Below the pieces are notes generated by a model that had not been told where the DNA came from, did no database searches, and saw nothing but the letters and a program-made list of their open reading frames with translations. Position numbers and translations under genes: made by a program. This document shows positions 39,881 to 48,771 of a DNA stretch of 64,000 nt, in pieces. This DNA comes from Candidatus Latescibacterota bacterium (GTDB lineage: Bacteria > Latescibacterota > UBA2968 > GCA-2709665), in assembly GCA_965226795.1 (NCBI GenBank), contig CBDDDZ010000005.1, forward strand, positions 1,248,001 to 1,312,000, read 5' to 3'. Positions within the stretch are counted from its first letter, which is position 1, and every line of letters starts with the position of its first letter.

Positions 39881-40936
39881 ATGAACTACGGTGTCGGATT
39901 GATCGGAAACCGGGCACATCAGATGAGCTATGGCCCGATCCTGGAAGCGCGGGAGGATTGCCGGATTGTAGCGGCCGTGGAACACAGGGCGGACAAAGCC
40001 AGAACCCTTGAGAAACGATTCGGGGTCACATGCGTCGCGGACTACGACGCGGTACTGGAAGACCCGGGCGTGCATATCGTTTCCATTGCCACCGACTTTT
40101 ATCTGAAACGAACCCTGATCGCAAAGGCAGTGGCCTGCGGCAAGCACGTTCTGGTGGACAAGCCCCTTTCGCGCACCGTTACGGAAGCCCGGGAGATCGT
40201 AAACGCTGCCGCGGGTTCCGGGGTCAGGATCGTGTTAAGCTACCCCATCCGATATCTGCCCGGGCTGGCGGCGCTCGCCCGGGGAATTCGGTTCGGGGCA
40301 TATACCAATATAACGTCATATACACATTATTTCGTTCGCCAGTTCAAGGACAGCGACCTGATGCAGTACGTGAGTTACCCCACGCCGGTTAACGTGAACG
40401 GAGGCGGGGAACTGATGAATCTGGGCAGTCATGCGGTGGATTATCTCCACCACCTATTCGGAATGCCCGGCCGCATATTCAGCAGCATGCGAAATGCCTA
40501 TTGGGACGAATACCTGGCTTTCGGTACGGAGGATATGGCGACTGTGGTATGCGAATACGGGGATTTTGTCGCGACGCTGGTGACCGGGCGAAACAAACTT
40601 AAGGAGGAAGGTCCTGCGGCGAACGCGGTGGATGTGACCGCCGAGGGTAATTGGATCCACGCGGAGCCTGAAACCGTGCTGCTCAATGGCGTGGCGTTGA
40701 AACTGCCGCCGGCGCCGCTGTCCTATTCGGAATCGTGCGTGCAGGAGTTGATCGAATGCATCGAGGAGGATCGGGATCCGGTTATGGGCGTAGCGGACGG
40801 TCTGGCGGTTGCGGAGATGACGACCGCGGCTTACCAGTCTGCGCAGACCGGCGAGTTTGTTGCGTTGCCCCTCGAAAACGTGAACCATCCGATGATCGAC
40901 CCAGGTGAACAGGTGATCGAAGGATTTCTGGACTGA
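39881..40936 (+). CDS. Gfo/Idh/MocA family oxidoreductase
   Basis: GKHVLVDKPL, GGGELMNLGSHAVD. Confidence 0.88.
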   Translation: MNYGVGLIGNRAHQMSYGPILEAREDCRIVAAVEHRADKARTLEKRFGVTCVADYDAVLEDPGVHIVSIATDFYLKRTLIAKAVACGKHVLVDKPLSRTVTEAREIVNAAAGSGVRIVLSYPIRYLPGLAALARGIRFGAYTNITSYTHYFVRQFKDSDLMQYVSYPTPVNVNGGGELMNLGSHAVDYLHHLFGMPGRIFSSMRNAYWDEYLAFGTEDMATVVCEYGDFVATLVTGRNKLKEEGPAANAVDVTAEGNWIHAEPETVLLNGVALKLPPAPLSYSESCVQELIECIEEDRDPVMGVADGLAVAEMTTAAYQSAQTGEFVALPLENVNHPMIDPGEQVIEGFLD

Positions 40937-41116
40937 GGTTTCGAAGCCGCTGCCGGCTCCGAAACCAACGGATTCAATCCACTTGCCGTATGGTAAGGGT
41001 ACAAGAGAATGGGTTCCGGGTCGAACCTCTCCCGGGCCCGCGATGACGGGGGACGCGTTTCGGAGGGACTGAAACACTGCCGGCGATCGGCCCGGGAGGT
41101 CAACTTCCGGGCCGCT

Positions 41117-42439
41117 TCAGTCCATCAGACGTGCATTGTATTGGCGGGGGCCGGCACGGTAACGGGAGTAGGCAATCGGATTCAACGGCGCGGGAGTGTA
41201 GATGTATACGGCGTCCGCCCACGGGTTGTACACCAGCAGATCCTCGCGTTCATCTCCGCAGAGGTTGGCGGGTACGGCGTGATACCAGCCCATTTTTTCG
41301 GGGCCGGCCGGAGGCGGCAGATCCGGAAGAACCACCGCGGGTTCTCCATTGCCATCGAAGAGGATGCCGCCGTTGTAAATCATTGCCGGCGCGTCGAATC
41401 CGTTCCAGTAGACCGTTTCAATACCCGTTTCGTTCGGCGATCGGTTGAGTCGAAAGCGACGGACAATCCGTCCACCATTGTCCGCCAGCAGAACGTCGGG
41501 ACGGTGCCCGAGGTAGCGAATGGCCATTTGAGGTGCGGGTTCGTCGGGCAGGTAGGTGGCCACGCGGACTTCCTGTCCGTGAGGGACGATTTCCTCCCCG
41601 AGGGCCAGAATAACGCCGCCGTCCATGTCCAGAACGTGTCCTCCGCCGGAACAGATGGCGCGCATCCTTCCGTCGTCCCACGGCTGAATGGATACGGAGT
41701 CCATATTAGGCGCAAGCTGGCGCTCCCATCGAGGCGCGCCGTCGGGATCGAGAATGAAATATCCGCCCAGGATTTCGTCGCGGCCGTCACCGTTCAGGTC
41801 GCCCACGGCTGGAATGTATGCGGAGCAGCGACCGTAGTCGTTCCACGGGATGGCGTAGTCCCACAACACGTCCAGGTTATGGTCGAATGCCAGGACCCGT
41901 TCACCCAGTTTGACCACGATATCCTGGGGAACGGCGGTGCCTCTGAAGTTGGCAATGAACAGGCGCTGATGAAACCAGTTGGCGCCCCAGCCGCGGCAGG
42001 CCTTTAGAATCTCCGGGCGGGATTCCTCTTTCAACGCTCCCGTCGCGCCGTCGCGTATCTGGACGGTGACATCCGCCATGGATTCTCGGGCGGTGATGCC
42101 GTCCGGGCGATGGAAGAAGCAGATCACCTCGCTCCGGCCGTCCGCGTCTACGTCGTGGATCGCCACGGAACAGGGTCGGAGGGGCTGGGCGCCGCCGCCG
42201 CCGTGCTGCCACAGAATCTCCCCGTCGAGCGTAAAGGCGCCCAGAAAACAGGGTTTGAGTTCGCTAGCCGTGTCGCAGCGGTAAACGAGCAGATCGGCCC
42301 GGCCGTCTCCGGTAAGGTCGCCCACCCGGATATCCCCTCCAAAACGTAGGTGCCGTCCTTCAATCTCCGTCCGGGTCAACAATGCGCGGGGAATCTCAAC
42401 TCGCCGGTAAAGAATGGCCGGTGCGGCGTCGGAGATCAT
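41117..42439 (-). CDS. FG-GAP/VCBS-type propeller protein resembling rhamnogalacturonan lyase family 11
   Basis: Repeated DxxGDGRxE/D Ca loops (GDLTGDGRAD, HDVDADGRSE, GDLNGDGRDE, NLCGDERED), CLGAF-LDGEILWQ-like segment, terminal YNARLMD. Confidence 0.6.
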   Translation of the reverse strand: MISDAAPAILYRRVEIPRALLTRTEIEGRHLRFGGDIRVGDLTGDGRADLLVYRCDTASELKPCFLGAFTLDGEILWQHGGGGAQPLRPCSVAIHDVDADGRSEVICFFHRPDGITARESMADVTVQIRDGATGALKEESRPEILKACRGWGANWFHQRLFIANFRGTAVPQDIVVKLGERVLAFDHNLDVLWDYAIPWNDYGRCSAYIPAVGDLNGDGRDEILGGYFILDPDGAPRWERQLAPNMDSVSIQPWDDGRMRAICSGGGHVLDMDGGVILALGEEIVPHGQEVRVATYLPDEPAPQMAIRYLGHRPDVLLADNGGRIVRRFRLNRSPNETGIETVYWNGFDAPAMIYNGGILFDGNGEPAVVLPDLPPPAGPEKMGWYHAVPANLCGDEREDLLVYNPWADAVYIYTPAPLNPIAYSRYRAGPRQYNARLMD

Positions 42440-42514
42440 GTGAATCGCCGGCAGATAGCTGAGGAGAGGGTGGGCATGTCAGCATTTCCAACAGGGAAAG
42501 AAAGCGGCCGTCGG

Positions 42515-42820
42515 CTATTTCTGCCGGCTCGCTTCGTGCGCTCGCCGAAGTTTGACTACGCGTTCGAATCTTTCGGAGAGGCTTTCTCCCGGTCGGGAGA
42601 ACCGAAGCATGGTTTCGTGAGACATCACCATCATTGTGCCTAGCGTCGGATCGGGATATCGGCAGAAGCTGTGTTTGACTTCCTCTCCCGTAATACAACA
42701 GCGGGTTTCAAGAGGGAACTCGAAATCGCCGTCGAGTAGACTGCCGGACTTGGCTCCGGCTTCCGGCTCCGAATCGGCAGGCAGTTTGTAGTCGGGGTAG
42801 AACTGATCCTGTTCAGGCAT
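42515..42820 (-). CDS. Small hypothetical protein
   Basis: Strong RBS AAGGAG. 101 aa ORF downstream of a sigma-70 promoter and a structured leader. Confidence 0.65.
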   Translation of the reverse strand: MPEQDQFYPDYKLPADSEPEAGAKSGSLLDGDFEFPLETRCCITGEEVKHSFCRYPDPTLGTMMVMSHETMLRFSRPGESLSERFERVVKLRRAHEASRQK

Positions 42821-42871
42821 CGGATATGGACTCCTTGAGAATAACGTTGCTTGTTGGCCGCCGGGTTTTCA

Positions 42872-43053
42872 CTGACTCTGCAGGTGCGGTTACCTGCCGC
42901 GTGCCGGGTCCGCCGGGTGCGTCTGGAGGGTACGGTACCCGTGGGTCCACGGTTGCGGAATCTTCAGGCCCACGGTGTACCTTTTGAACAACGGATGGTT
43001 CGCGCGTGCCGTAAGGCGCACCCACCCGGCCCTGGCGCAGGAAAGAGAGCAGC
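42872..43053 (-). ncRNA. Putative 6S RNA-like long hairpin RNA (~180 nt)
   Basis: Nested stems CCTGC/GCAGG, GCCGGGT/ACCCGGC, GGGTGCG/CGCACCC, then a central bubble, then GGTAC-CCGTGGG/CCCACGG-GTACC. Begins at the predicted start site of the promoter below. Strand not fully certain. Confidence 0.5.
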
Positions 43054-43058
43054 AGAAA

Positions 43059-43088
43059 AATATAAACCGGAAGACCGCTGCTTGTCAA
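43059..43088 (-). promoter_or_regulatory. Sigma-70 promoter
   Basis: TTGACA-N18-TATATT on the minus strand. Confidence 0.65.
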
Positions 43089-43447
43089 CAGAAACAGACG
43101 AAATTCAGAGAACCGGGTGAAGATATCGCCGGGCGGGCCGGGCATCGAGGGCCGCGGCCGCAAGGCACGCCCGGGTGGTCAAGCCGGCGCTTTCGCGCGG
43201 GTCTGACTGGGATCGCGCGAATGCTTTGGGCTTGATTTCAGGGTTGGGAATTGCTTATTATCTTCCTGAATGCATTGTAGATCGTCCATATACCGGGCAA
43301 TGGTCGAGACGATATCAATTGAATTACCCCCGCATCGCCGGGGTGCCTGCAAGTCGGCCGTTCGCGCCAATCCGGATGGTGCGACGTCAATGTGAAGACC
43401 CGTTATGCTCCCGCAATTTAGTGAGATGCGTCAGTGTCGGAGGGTTC

Positions 43448-44968
43448 ATGGATGTTGAGATGCTGATCACCGGGTTTAAGGCGGCTTTGTTGATACTTTA
43501 TAGCGTGACGCTTGGTCTGCTGATGATCTTCAGCCTGCACCGGCACGTCATGGTGCGGCTATACTTCAAGAATCGGCACAAGCGTCCGTCGCCGGCCGGC
43601 CGGTTCGAGGAATTGCCGCGAGTGACGGTACAGTTGCCGGTTTACAACGAACTGTACGTGGTGGAGCGGCTGATCCGGGCGGTGGCGGACGTCGACTATC
43701 CGCGGGACCGCCTGGAGATTCAGGTCCTGGACGATTCGACGGACGAGACTACCGATGTGGCAAAGCGTTGCGTGGCGGAGTTGAGGGAGGCCGGGCACGA
43801 TATCGTCTGTCTGCATCGAACGGAACGAACGGGCTTTAAGGCGGGCGCTCTTGCCGAAGGTTTGCGGGTTGCCAGCGGCGAATACGTGGCGGTATTCGAC
43901 GCCGATTTTTTACCGCCCAGAGAATTCCTCTGGAAGACGATTCATTATTTCACCGATGGGGGTGTGGGCCTGGTGCAGGCAAGGTGGGGCCATCTGAACC
44001 GCGATTATTCTTTGCTGACGCAGGTGCAGGCGATTTTCCTCGACGGTCATTTCATGATGGAACACGGCGCCCGCAGCAGATCGGGCCTGTTTTTCAATTT
44101 CAACGGCACGGCCGGCATATGGCGCAGGCAAAGTATCGACGATGCGGGAGGATGGGAAAACGACACCCTTACCGAAGATCTCGATCTGAGCTATCGGGCG
44201 CAGCTGGCCGGATGGCGCTTTCTGTTTCTGGACGACCTGGCTGCGCCGGCCGAGTTGCCCGTGGAGATGAACGCCTGGAAAACCCAGCAGTTCCGGTGGT
44301 CCAAGGGCTCTGCGCAGACGGCGCGTAAACTGGTGGGGCGTGTCCTGCGCGCGCGTTTGCCGTGGCGGGTGAAGCTCGAGGCGCTGATCCATTTAAATGG
44401 GAATTTCGCTTATCTGTTGATGGCCATGCTGGCGGCGCTGATCTTTCCGGCGGTGCTCGCCCGGCTGGATCTGGGGTGGTACCGCGTTGTTTTCGTGGAT
44501 CTGCCGTTGTTTGTCTCCGCGACGGGGGCGGTATCCCGGTTTTATATCTACTCGCAGAAGGAACTCTATCAGGACTGGAGGTGTCGAATCAAGTACATGC
44601 CCTGCGTGCTTGCCGCCGGTATGGGGATATCGTTCAACAATGCCTGGGCGGTGCTCGAGGCTCTGGCGGGCTACCAGACGGAGTTTCTGCGAACGCCGAA
44701 ATACCAGGTTGTAAGCCGCCGGGATACCTGGCGTGGCAAGCGATACACCGTGCGGAAAAATGCGCTGTCAGTAGTCGAACTCGGTGTCGGGTTTTATTTT
44801 CTGTGGGTAATCGGATTCGCGATCGCTAACGGGATATACTTTCCGGTTCCATTTATCGCTCTGTTCAGCCTGGGTTTCTTCTACGTGGGATGGATGTCGC
44901 TGTTCCAGGGGCGTTTTCAACGCTTGCGTGCTGCATTTTCTAGAACGGAGGCGCCCGCGGCGGATTGA
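43448..44968 (+). CDS. GT2 family processive glycosyltransferase (cellulose synthase/CslA-like)
   Basis: QLPVYNE, VLDDSTD, GFKAGAL, FDADF, TEDLD, QQFRW (D,D,D,QxxRW). C-terminal TM helices. Confidence 0.92.
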   Translation: MDVEMLITGFKAALLILYSVTLGLLMIFSLHRHVMVRLYFKNRHKRPSPAGRFEELPRVTVQLPVYNELYVVERLIRAVADVDYPRDRLEIQVLDDSTDETTDVAKRCVAELREAGHDIVCLHRTERTGFKAGALAEGLRVASGEYVAVFDADFLPPREFLWKTIHYFTDGGVGLVQARWGHLNRDYSLLTQVQAIFLDGHFMMEHGARSRSGLFFNFNGTAGIWRRQSIDDAGGWENDTLTEDLDLSYRAQLAGWRFLFLDDLAAPAELPVEMNAWKTQQFRWSKGSAQTARKLVGRVLRARLPWRVKLEALIHLNGNFAYLLMAMLAALIFPAVLARLDLGWYRVVFVDLPLFVSATGAVSRFYIYSQKELYQDWRCRIKYMPCVLAAGMGISFNNAWAVLEALAGYQTEFLRTPKYQVVSRRDTWRGKRYTVRKNALSVVELGVGFYFLWVIGFAIANGIYFPVPFIALFSLGFFYVGWMSLFQGRFQRLRAAFSRTEAPAAD

Positions 44969-45247
44969 GACCGCGGTCGCGTTTATGGGTTAAAGCTGGT
45001 TTTCGCCATTTTCCCGCGGAAAGGTTATCGGGCCCGGCAAGGCTGCCGCCGGGCCTTTGTTCTTGCCAGGCCGCCATCGGAAGGCGATGAGACGCCAGCG
45101 TACAGCTGGCGAACCCGGAATTTCGGTCGACCGCCCGTTTTGTCTGGCACGGCCATGCGGGTCGTTCGGGGCATTGTTCTTGTTTATAGCCCGGGTTCCA
45201 CTATATTTATTGCACGCTGAACACCTGGTACCCGTGTGGAATTCTCT

Positions 45248-46144
45248 ATGGCGGCGCGTATCGGACGCATTTTCGCCAATCGTTATACCCTCGCGTATGG
45301 TGCGGCCCTGGTCGTGCATCTGCTGTTCTTTGTCTTCTACGTGCCTCTTCTGAGCCTTGTACCCCAACCGCGGAACGAGGTAACGGCACACGAGTCCATG
45401 CCGATGTCTTTCGAATTCGTCGAGTTGCCCCGCCCGGTAGCGGACGAGCCGCCGCCGGAAGCGACAACGCTGCGGTCAAACCGGGTCTCGCGGGCGAAGG
45501 ACCTCCACGACGCGCCTCTGCCGGAATCGTATCTGCCCTATGCCGAGGGCCTGGTGCAATCTCCCGCACAGCCCCGGTCTGACGTCGGACAGCAGGGCGA
45601 AGGGGGAGAGCGGGGAAAGGCCGACGCCGGGACCGAAGTCGATCAGAACAGACGTGCCGACGCGGCAAACGAGGTGGTTTCGACGGATTTCGCGTCGTTG
45701 TCGAAGCAGCGAAAAACGTGGATCCCGCAGCAACCGAAGAGCGCACTGTTCGGACGTCCCGACGCGCCCGGCGTCCTGCCGATGAAGAACCTGCAGAGTC
45801 ACGCCCTCGAACAGGGCGGTTTGCAGCTGAGTACGTATAACTGGGAATTCGCGCCGTATCTGGCATATCTCAAACGCCACATTGGAGACCATATCCATCC
45901 GCCGGCTGCGTTTACGCAATTCGGGCTTATCCAGGGTCAGACACGGCTGAAATTCAGAATTTCGCCGGATGGCAGACTCGCGGATCTGGAAGTAATCGAC
46001 TTCGACGGCAGCCCGTACCTGCGGGATACCAGCACACGCGCGGTAGAACTGTCGGCCAATTTCAAACCTCTGCCGGCGCACTTTCCGGAAGACTATCTGG
46101 AAATTACCGCCCTGTTCCACTATCTGCTACTGGAATCGCAATAA
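45248..46144 (+). CDS. TonB/TolA-like energy transducer
   Basis: N-terminal TM helix with His (AALVVHLL), low-complexity linker, TonB-C-like domain (FRISPDG..FKPLP). Sits next to exbBD. Confidence 0.75.
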   Translation: MAARIGRIFANRYTLAYGAALVVHLLFFVFYVPLLSLVPQPRNEVTAHESMPMSFEFVELPRPVADEPPPEATTLRSNRVSRAKDLHDAPLPESYLPYAEGLVQSPAQPRSDVGQQGEGGERGKADAGTEVDQNRRADAANEVVSTDFASLSKQRKTWIPQQPKSALFGRPDAPGVLPMKNLQSHALEQGGLQLSTYNWEFAPYLAYLKRHIGDHIHPPAAFTQFGLIQGQTRLKFRISPDGRLADLEVIDFDGSPYLRDTSTRAVELSANFKPLPAHFPEDYLEITALFHYLLLESQ

Positions 46145-46159
46145 CACGGGAGCCGTCGC

Positions 46160-46786
46160 ATGGGATGGGAGCTGTTTGTGCAGGGGGGGCTGATGATGTA
46201 TCCCCTTTCTCTATGTTCAATTCTTACGCTGGCTATTACGCTGGAGCGGGCGTTCAATCTGCGGCGCCACAGGATCATTCGCGGAGAGATTGTCAGCGTG
46301 ATCGAGAACATAAGGCGCCCGGAGGACATCGGCCTGGCGGTGTCGGTATGCAACCAGCACGAAGGACCGTTCGCGCAGGTTGTTCGCGCGGGCCTCGACA
46401 ACCGGCACCTGCCTCCGGATGAGATAAAGGAAAGCATTGTGGACCAGGGCCGGCAGGAAATGGGGAAGATGCAGAAGGGGATCGTTGTTCTGGAGACCGT
46501 TGCGAGCGTGTCTCCTTTATTGGGTTTGCTGGGTACGGTTCTGGGGATGATCAAGGTGTTTCGTGAGATTTCGGAAGTGGGCGTGGGGCAGGGCAACCTG
46601 CTTGCAGGCGGTATCGCTGAAGCGATCCTGACAACCGGTGCCGGGCTGTTTATCGCGATTCCCTCACTGGTATTTTTCAATTATTTCAGCAGCAAGGCAG
46701 AGAGTCTGGTACTGGAGATCGAGAAATATTCCAATGCACTACTGAAAAAGCTGCGGGGTTTCCAGGTGCCTGGACCGGACGAATAA
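46160..46786 (+). CDS. exbB: MotA/TolQ/ExbB proton channel protein
   Basis: GGLMMYPL, SPLLGLLGTVLGMIKVF, GIAEAILTTGAGL. Confidence 0.9.
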   Translation: MGWELFVQGGLMMYPLSLCSILTLAITLERAFNLRRHRIIRGEIVSVIENIRRPEDIGLAVSVCNQHEGPFAQVVRAGLDNRHLPPDEIKESIVDQGRQEMGKMQKGIVVLETVASVSPLLGLLGTVLGMIKVFREISEVGVGQGNLLAGGIAEAILTTGAGLFIAIPSLVFFNYFSSKAESLVLEIEKYSNALLKKLRGFQVPGPDE

Positions 46787-46797
46787 AGGGCGGTAAA

Positions 46798-47211
46798 ATG
46801 CAGTTGTTTCAGAAGCCGAAGCGGCGGCCGTACATCAATATCACGTCATTGATCGACGTTCTGTTTCTGCTGCTGACGTTCTTCCTGGTCACGACATCTT
46901 TCATCGAGCAGTCGGCGCTCAAGGTGGAACTGCCGTCGATGGAACACGTGGACCGGGTTCAGCATCCGAAGCGCTTTGTACTGGATATGGCTCCGGACGG
47001 TGAGATACACTATGACGGCGAGCCCGTCGAACGGGCCGCGTTGGGCGCCCGGTTGCAGTCGGCTTCGAATGAAATCAACGACCGTGGCGGCCTTGTGTTG
47101 CGGGCCGATCGGAACCTTCCCCATGGCGAGGTGATGAGCGTTCTGGACATTATCCGGGGGGCAGGGATCAGGCGTTTCGTTATCGCGACCGTTACGTCCG
47201 GACCTGGATGA
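46798..47211 (+). CDS. exbD: ExbD/TolR family protein
   Basis: INITSLIDVLFLLLTFFLV, LRAD, VLDII..AG. Confidence 0.9.
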   Translation: MQLFQKPKRRPYINITSLIDVLFLLLTFFLVTTSFIEQSALKVELPSMEHVDRVQHPKRFVLDMAPDGEIHYDGEPVERAALGARLQSASNEINDRGGLVLRADRNLPHGEVMSVLDIIRGAGIRRFVIATVTSGPG

Positions 47212-47371
47212 AAATCTCCGACTCCGGTATCCCGGAATGCGGCGCTAATTCGCTCTGGAAGCGTATCTTGCGATGATCAGAAATGGTCATACTCTAACCC
47301 GCTCGCTCGTGCCCCGCAGTGCCGGACATCCGGCCGTGCGAACGTGGATAAAATACCCATGAATCCTGTCG

Positions 47372-47391
47372 TTATATTGTATACATTGTAA
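47372..47391. promoter_or_regulatory. Palindromic operator-like site upstream of the RND operon
   Basis: TTATATTGTATACATTGTAA, a near-perfect 20-bp palindrome centred on TGTATACA in a GC-rich background. Confidence 0.45.
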
Positions 47392-47433
47392 GTAACCAAT
47401 TACTTGCCAGGACCAGGTTCCGCAGGGGGATGC

Positions 47434-48771
47434 ATGTTCAGAATTCAACAATTCGTCATCATTGGCATTATTGCGGTTCTATGGGGTTGCGGGGAGGGTG
47501 AACGTGGATCCGCCCGTCGCGGCCAACAGCGCAGTGGCGCGGCTGTACCGGTAAGGGTGGAGCCGGTGAATCGCCGCGACATTTCGAGTTATATTCTGGC
47601 GAATGAAAAGCTGGAGGCGTTTCTGTGGGTCGACGTGCGTTCCAGGACGTCCGGCCAGGTCGTGGCGATTCACCGGGAAGAGGGTGACCCCGTCGCGGTG
47701 GGCACGGTGCTGGCGCGGCTGGATTCGGCGGCGGCGCTGTTGCAGGTCCACCGAATGGAAGTGGCCTACCACGACGCGCGTCGTGTCTTCGAGCGAGACG
47801 AAAAACTGTTCAAGCGGGACCTCCTGAGCAAAGAGAGGTATGAGAATTCAAAGGGGCAGATGGACCGCGCGCATACCGAGTTGGAACAGGCGAAGCTGAA
47901 TCTGAGCTATACCACCATTGCTTCGCCTCTGCACGGCACGCTGACCATTCGTAGCGTCGAGATAGGAAACAGGGTAACCGCCAATCAGGCGGTGTTCTCG
48001 GTGGCGGACTTCGACCCGCTGCTTGCACGTATCCGGATTCCGGAAAAGTACATGGGCAAAGTGGCGATCGGACAGGGCGCGAAAGTCACGGTGGAGTCCG
48101 CTCCGGGTCGGGTGTTTCGCGGTGTTGTGAAGATGATCAGCCCGGTGGTGGATCCGGAAAGTGGAACCATCAAAGTCACCGTACAGATTCCTGGAGGCGG
48201 AAACGGTATCCTCCGGCCCGGCATGTTCGCATCGGTACACATCATTACCGAGGTGCACCGAAACACACTTGTGATTCCCAAGAAGGCGCTCGTCCTGGAG
48301 GGAGAAGGGAATCACGTGTTTGTATATGAACGGGACGGCGAACGCGGCGCGGGCAAGGCGGTTCGCCGGAAAGTCGGCATGGGGTTTGACGACAACGAAC
48401 ACCTGGAGATTCTGAGCGGCCTGTCGGAAGGGGAACATGTCATTACCGTTGGTCACGAAGGCCTGCGCCCTGGGACGGCGGTGCGCCTGGTGGGCGAGGG
48501 GGTTGCTGAGGAATCGGCGGCAGCGGAGCAGGGGAGCGGGTTCGCAGGGCAGGGAGGCCAGGGCGGCATTCAAAGTGATGGCGCCGATAACGGTGAGCTC
48601 AAGGCAATAAAGGAACGGATGTTCGCGCGGTTTCCCGATCTGAAGAAAGCATATGACGCACGTGTTAAAAGAGAACCTGATCTTGCGACCAGTAGTGAAA
48701 AGTGGCGTGCATTTATGGGTGAAATGCGCCGGAAGGGTATCCTGCCGGCCGGCGGCGGGAGACCCCGATGA
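47434..48771 (+). CDS. RND efflux periplasmic adaptor (membrane fusion protein), lipoprotein
   Basis: Lipobox LWGC, lipoyl halves (EGDPVAVG, IASPLHG), SPVVDPESGT, LRPGMF. Confidence 0.92.
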   Translation: MFRIQQFVIIGIIAVLWGCGEGERGSARRGQQRSGAAVPVRVEPVNRRDISSYILANEKLEAFLWVDVRSRTSGQVVAIHREEGDPVAVGTVLARLDSAAALLQVHRMEVAYHDARRVFERDEKLFKRDLLSKERYENSKGQMDRAHTELEQAKLNLSYTTIASPLHGTLTIRSVEIGNRVTANQAVFSVADFDPLLARIRIPEKYMGKVAIGQGAKVTVESAPGRVFRGVVKMISPVVDPESGTIKVTVQIPGGGNGILRPGMFASVHIITEVHRNTLVIPKKALVLEGEGNHVFVYERDGERGAGKAVRRKVGMGFDDNEHLEILSGLSEGEHVITVGHEGLRPGTAVRLVGEGVAEESAAAEQGSGFAGQGGQGGIQSDGADNGELKAIKERMFARFPDLKKAYDARVKREPDLATSSEKWRAFMGEMRRKGILPAGGGRPR

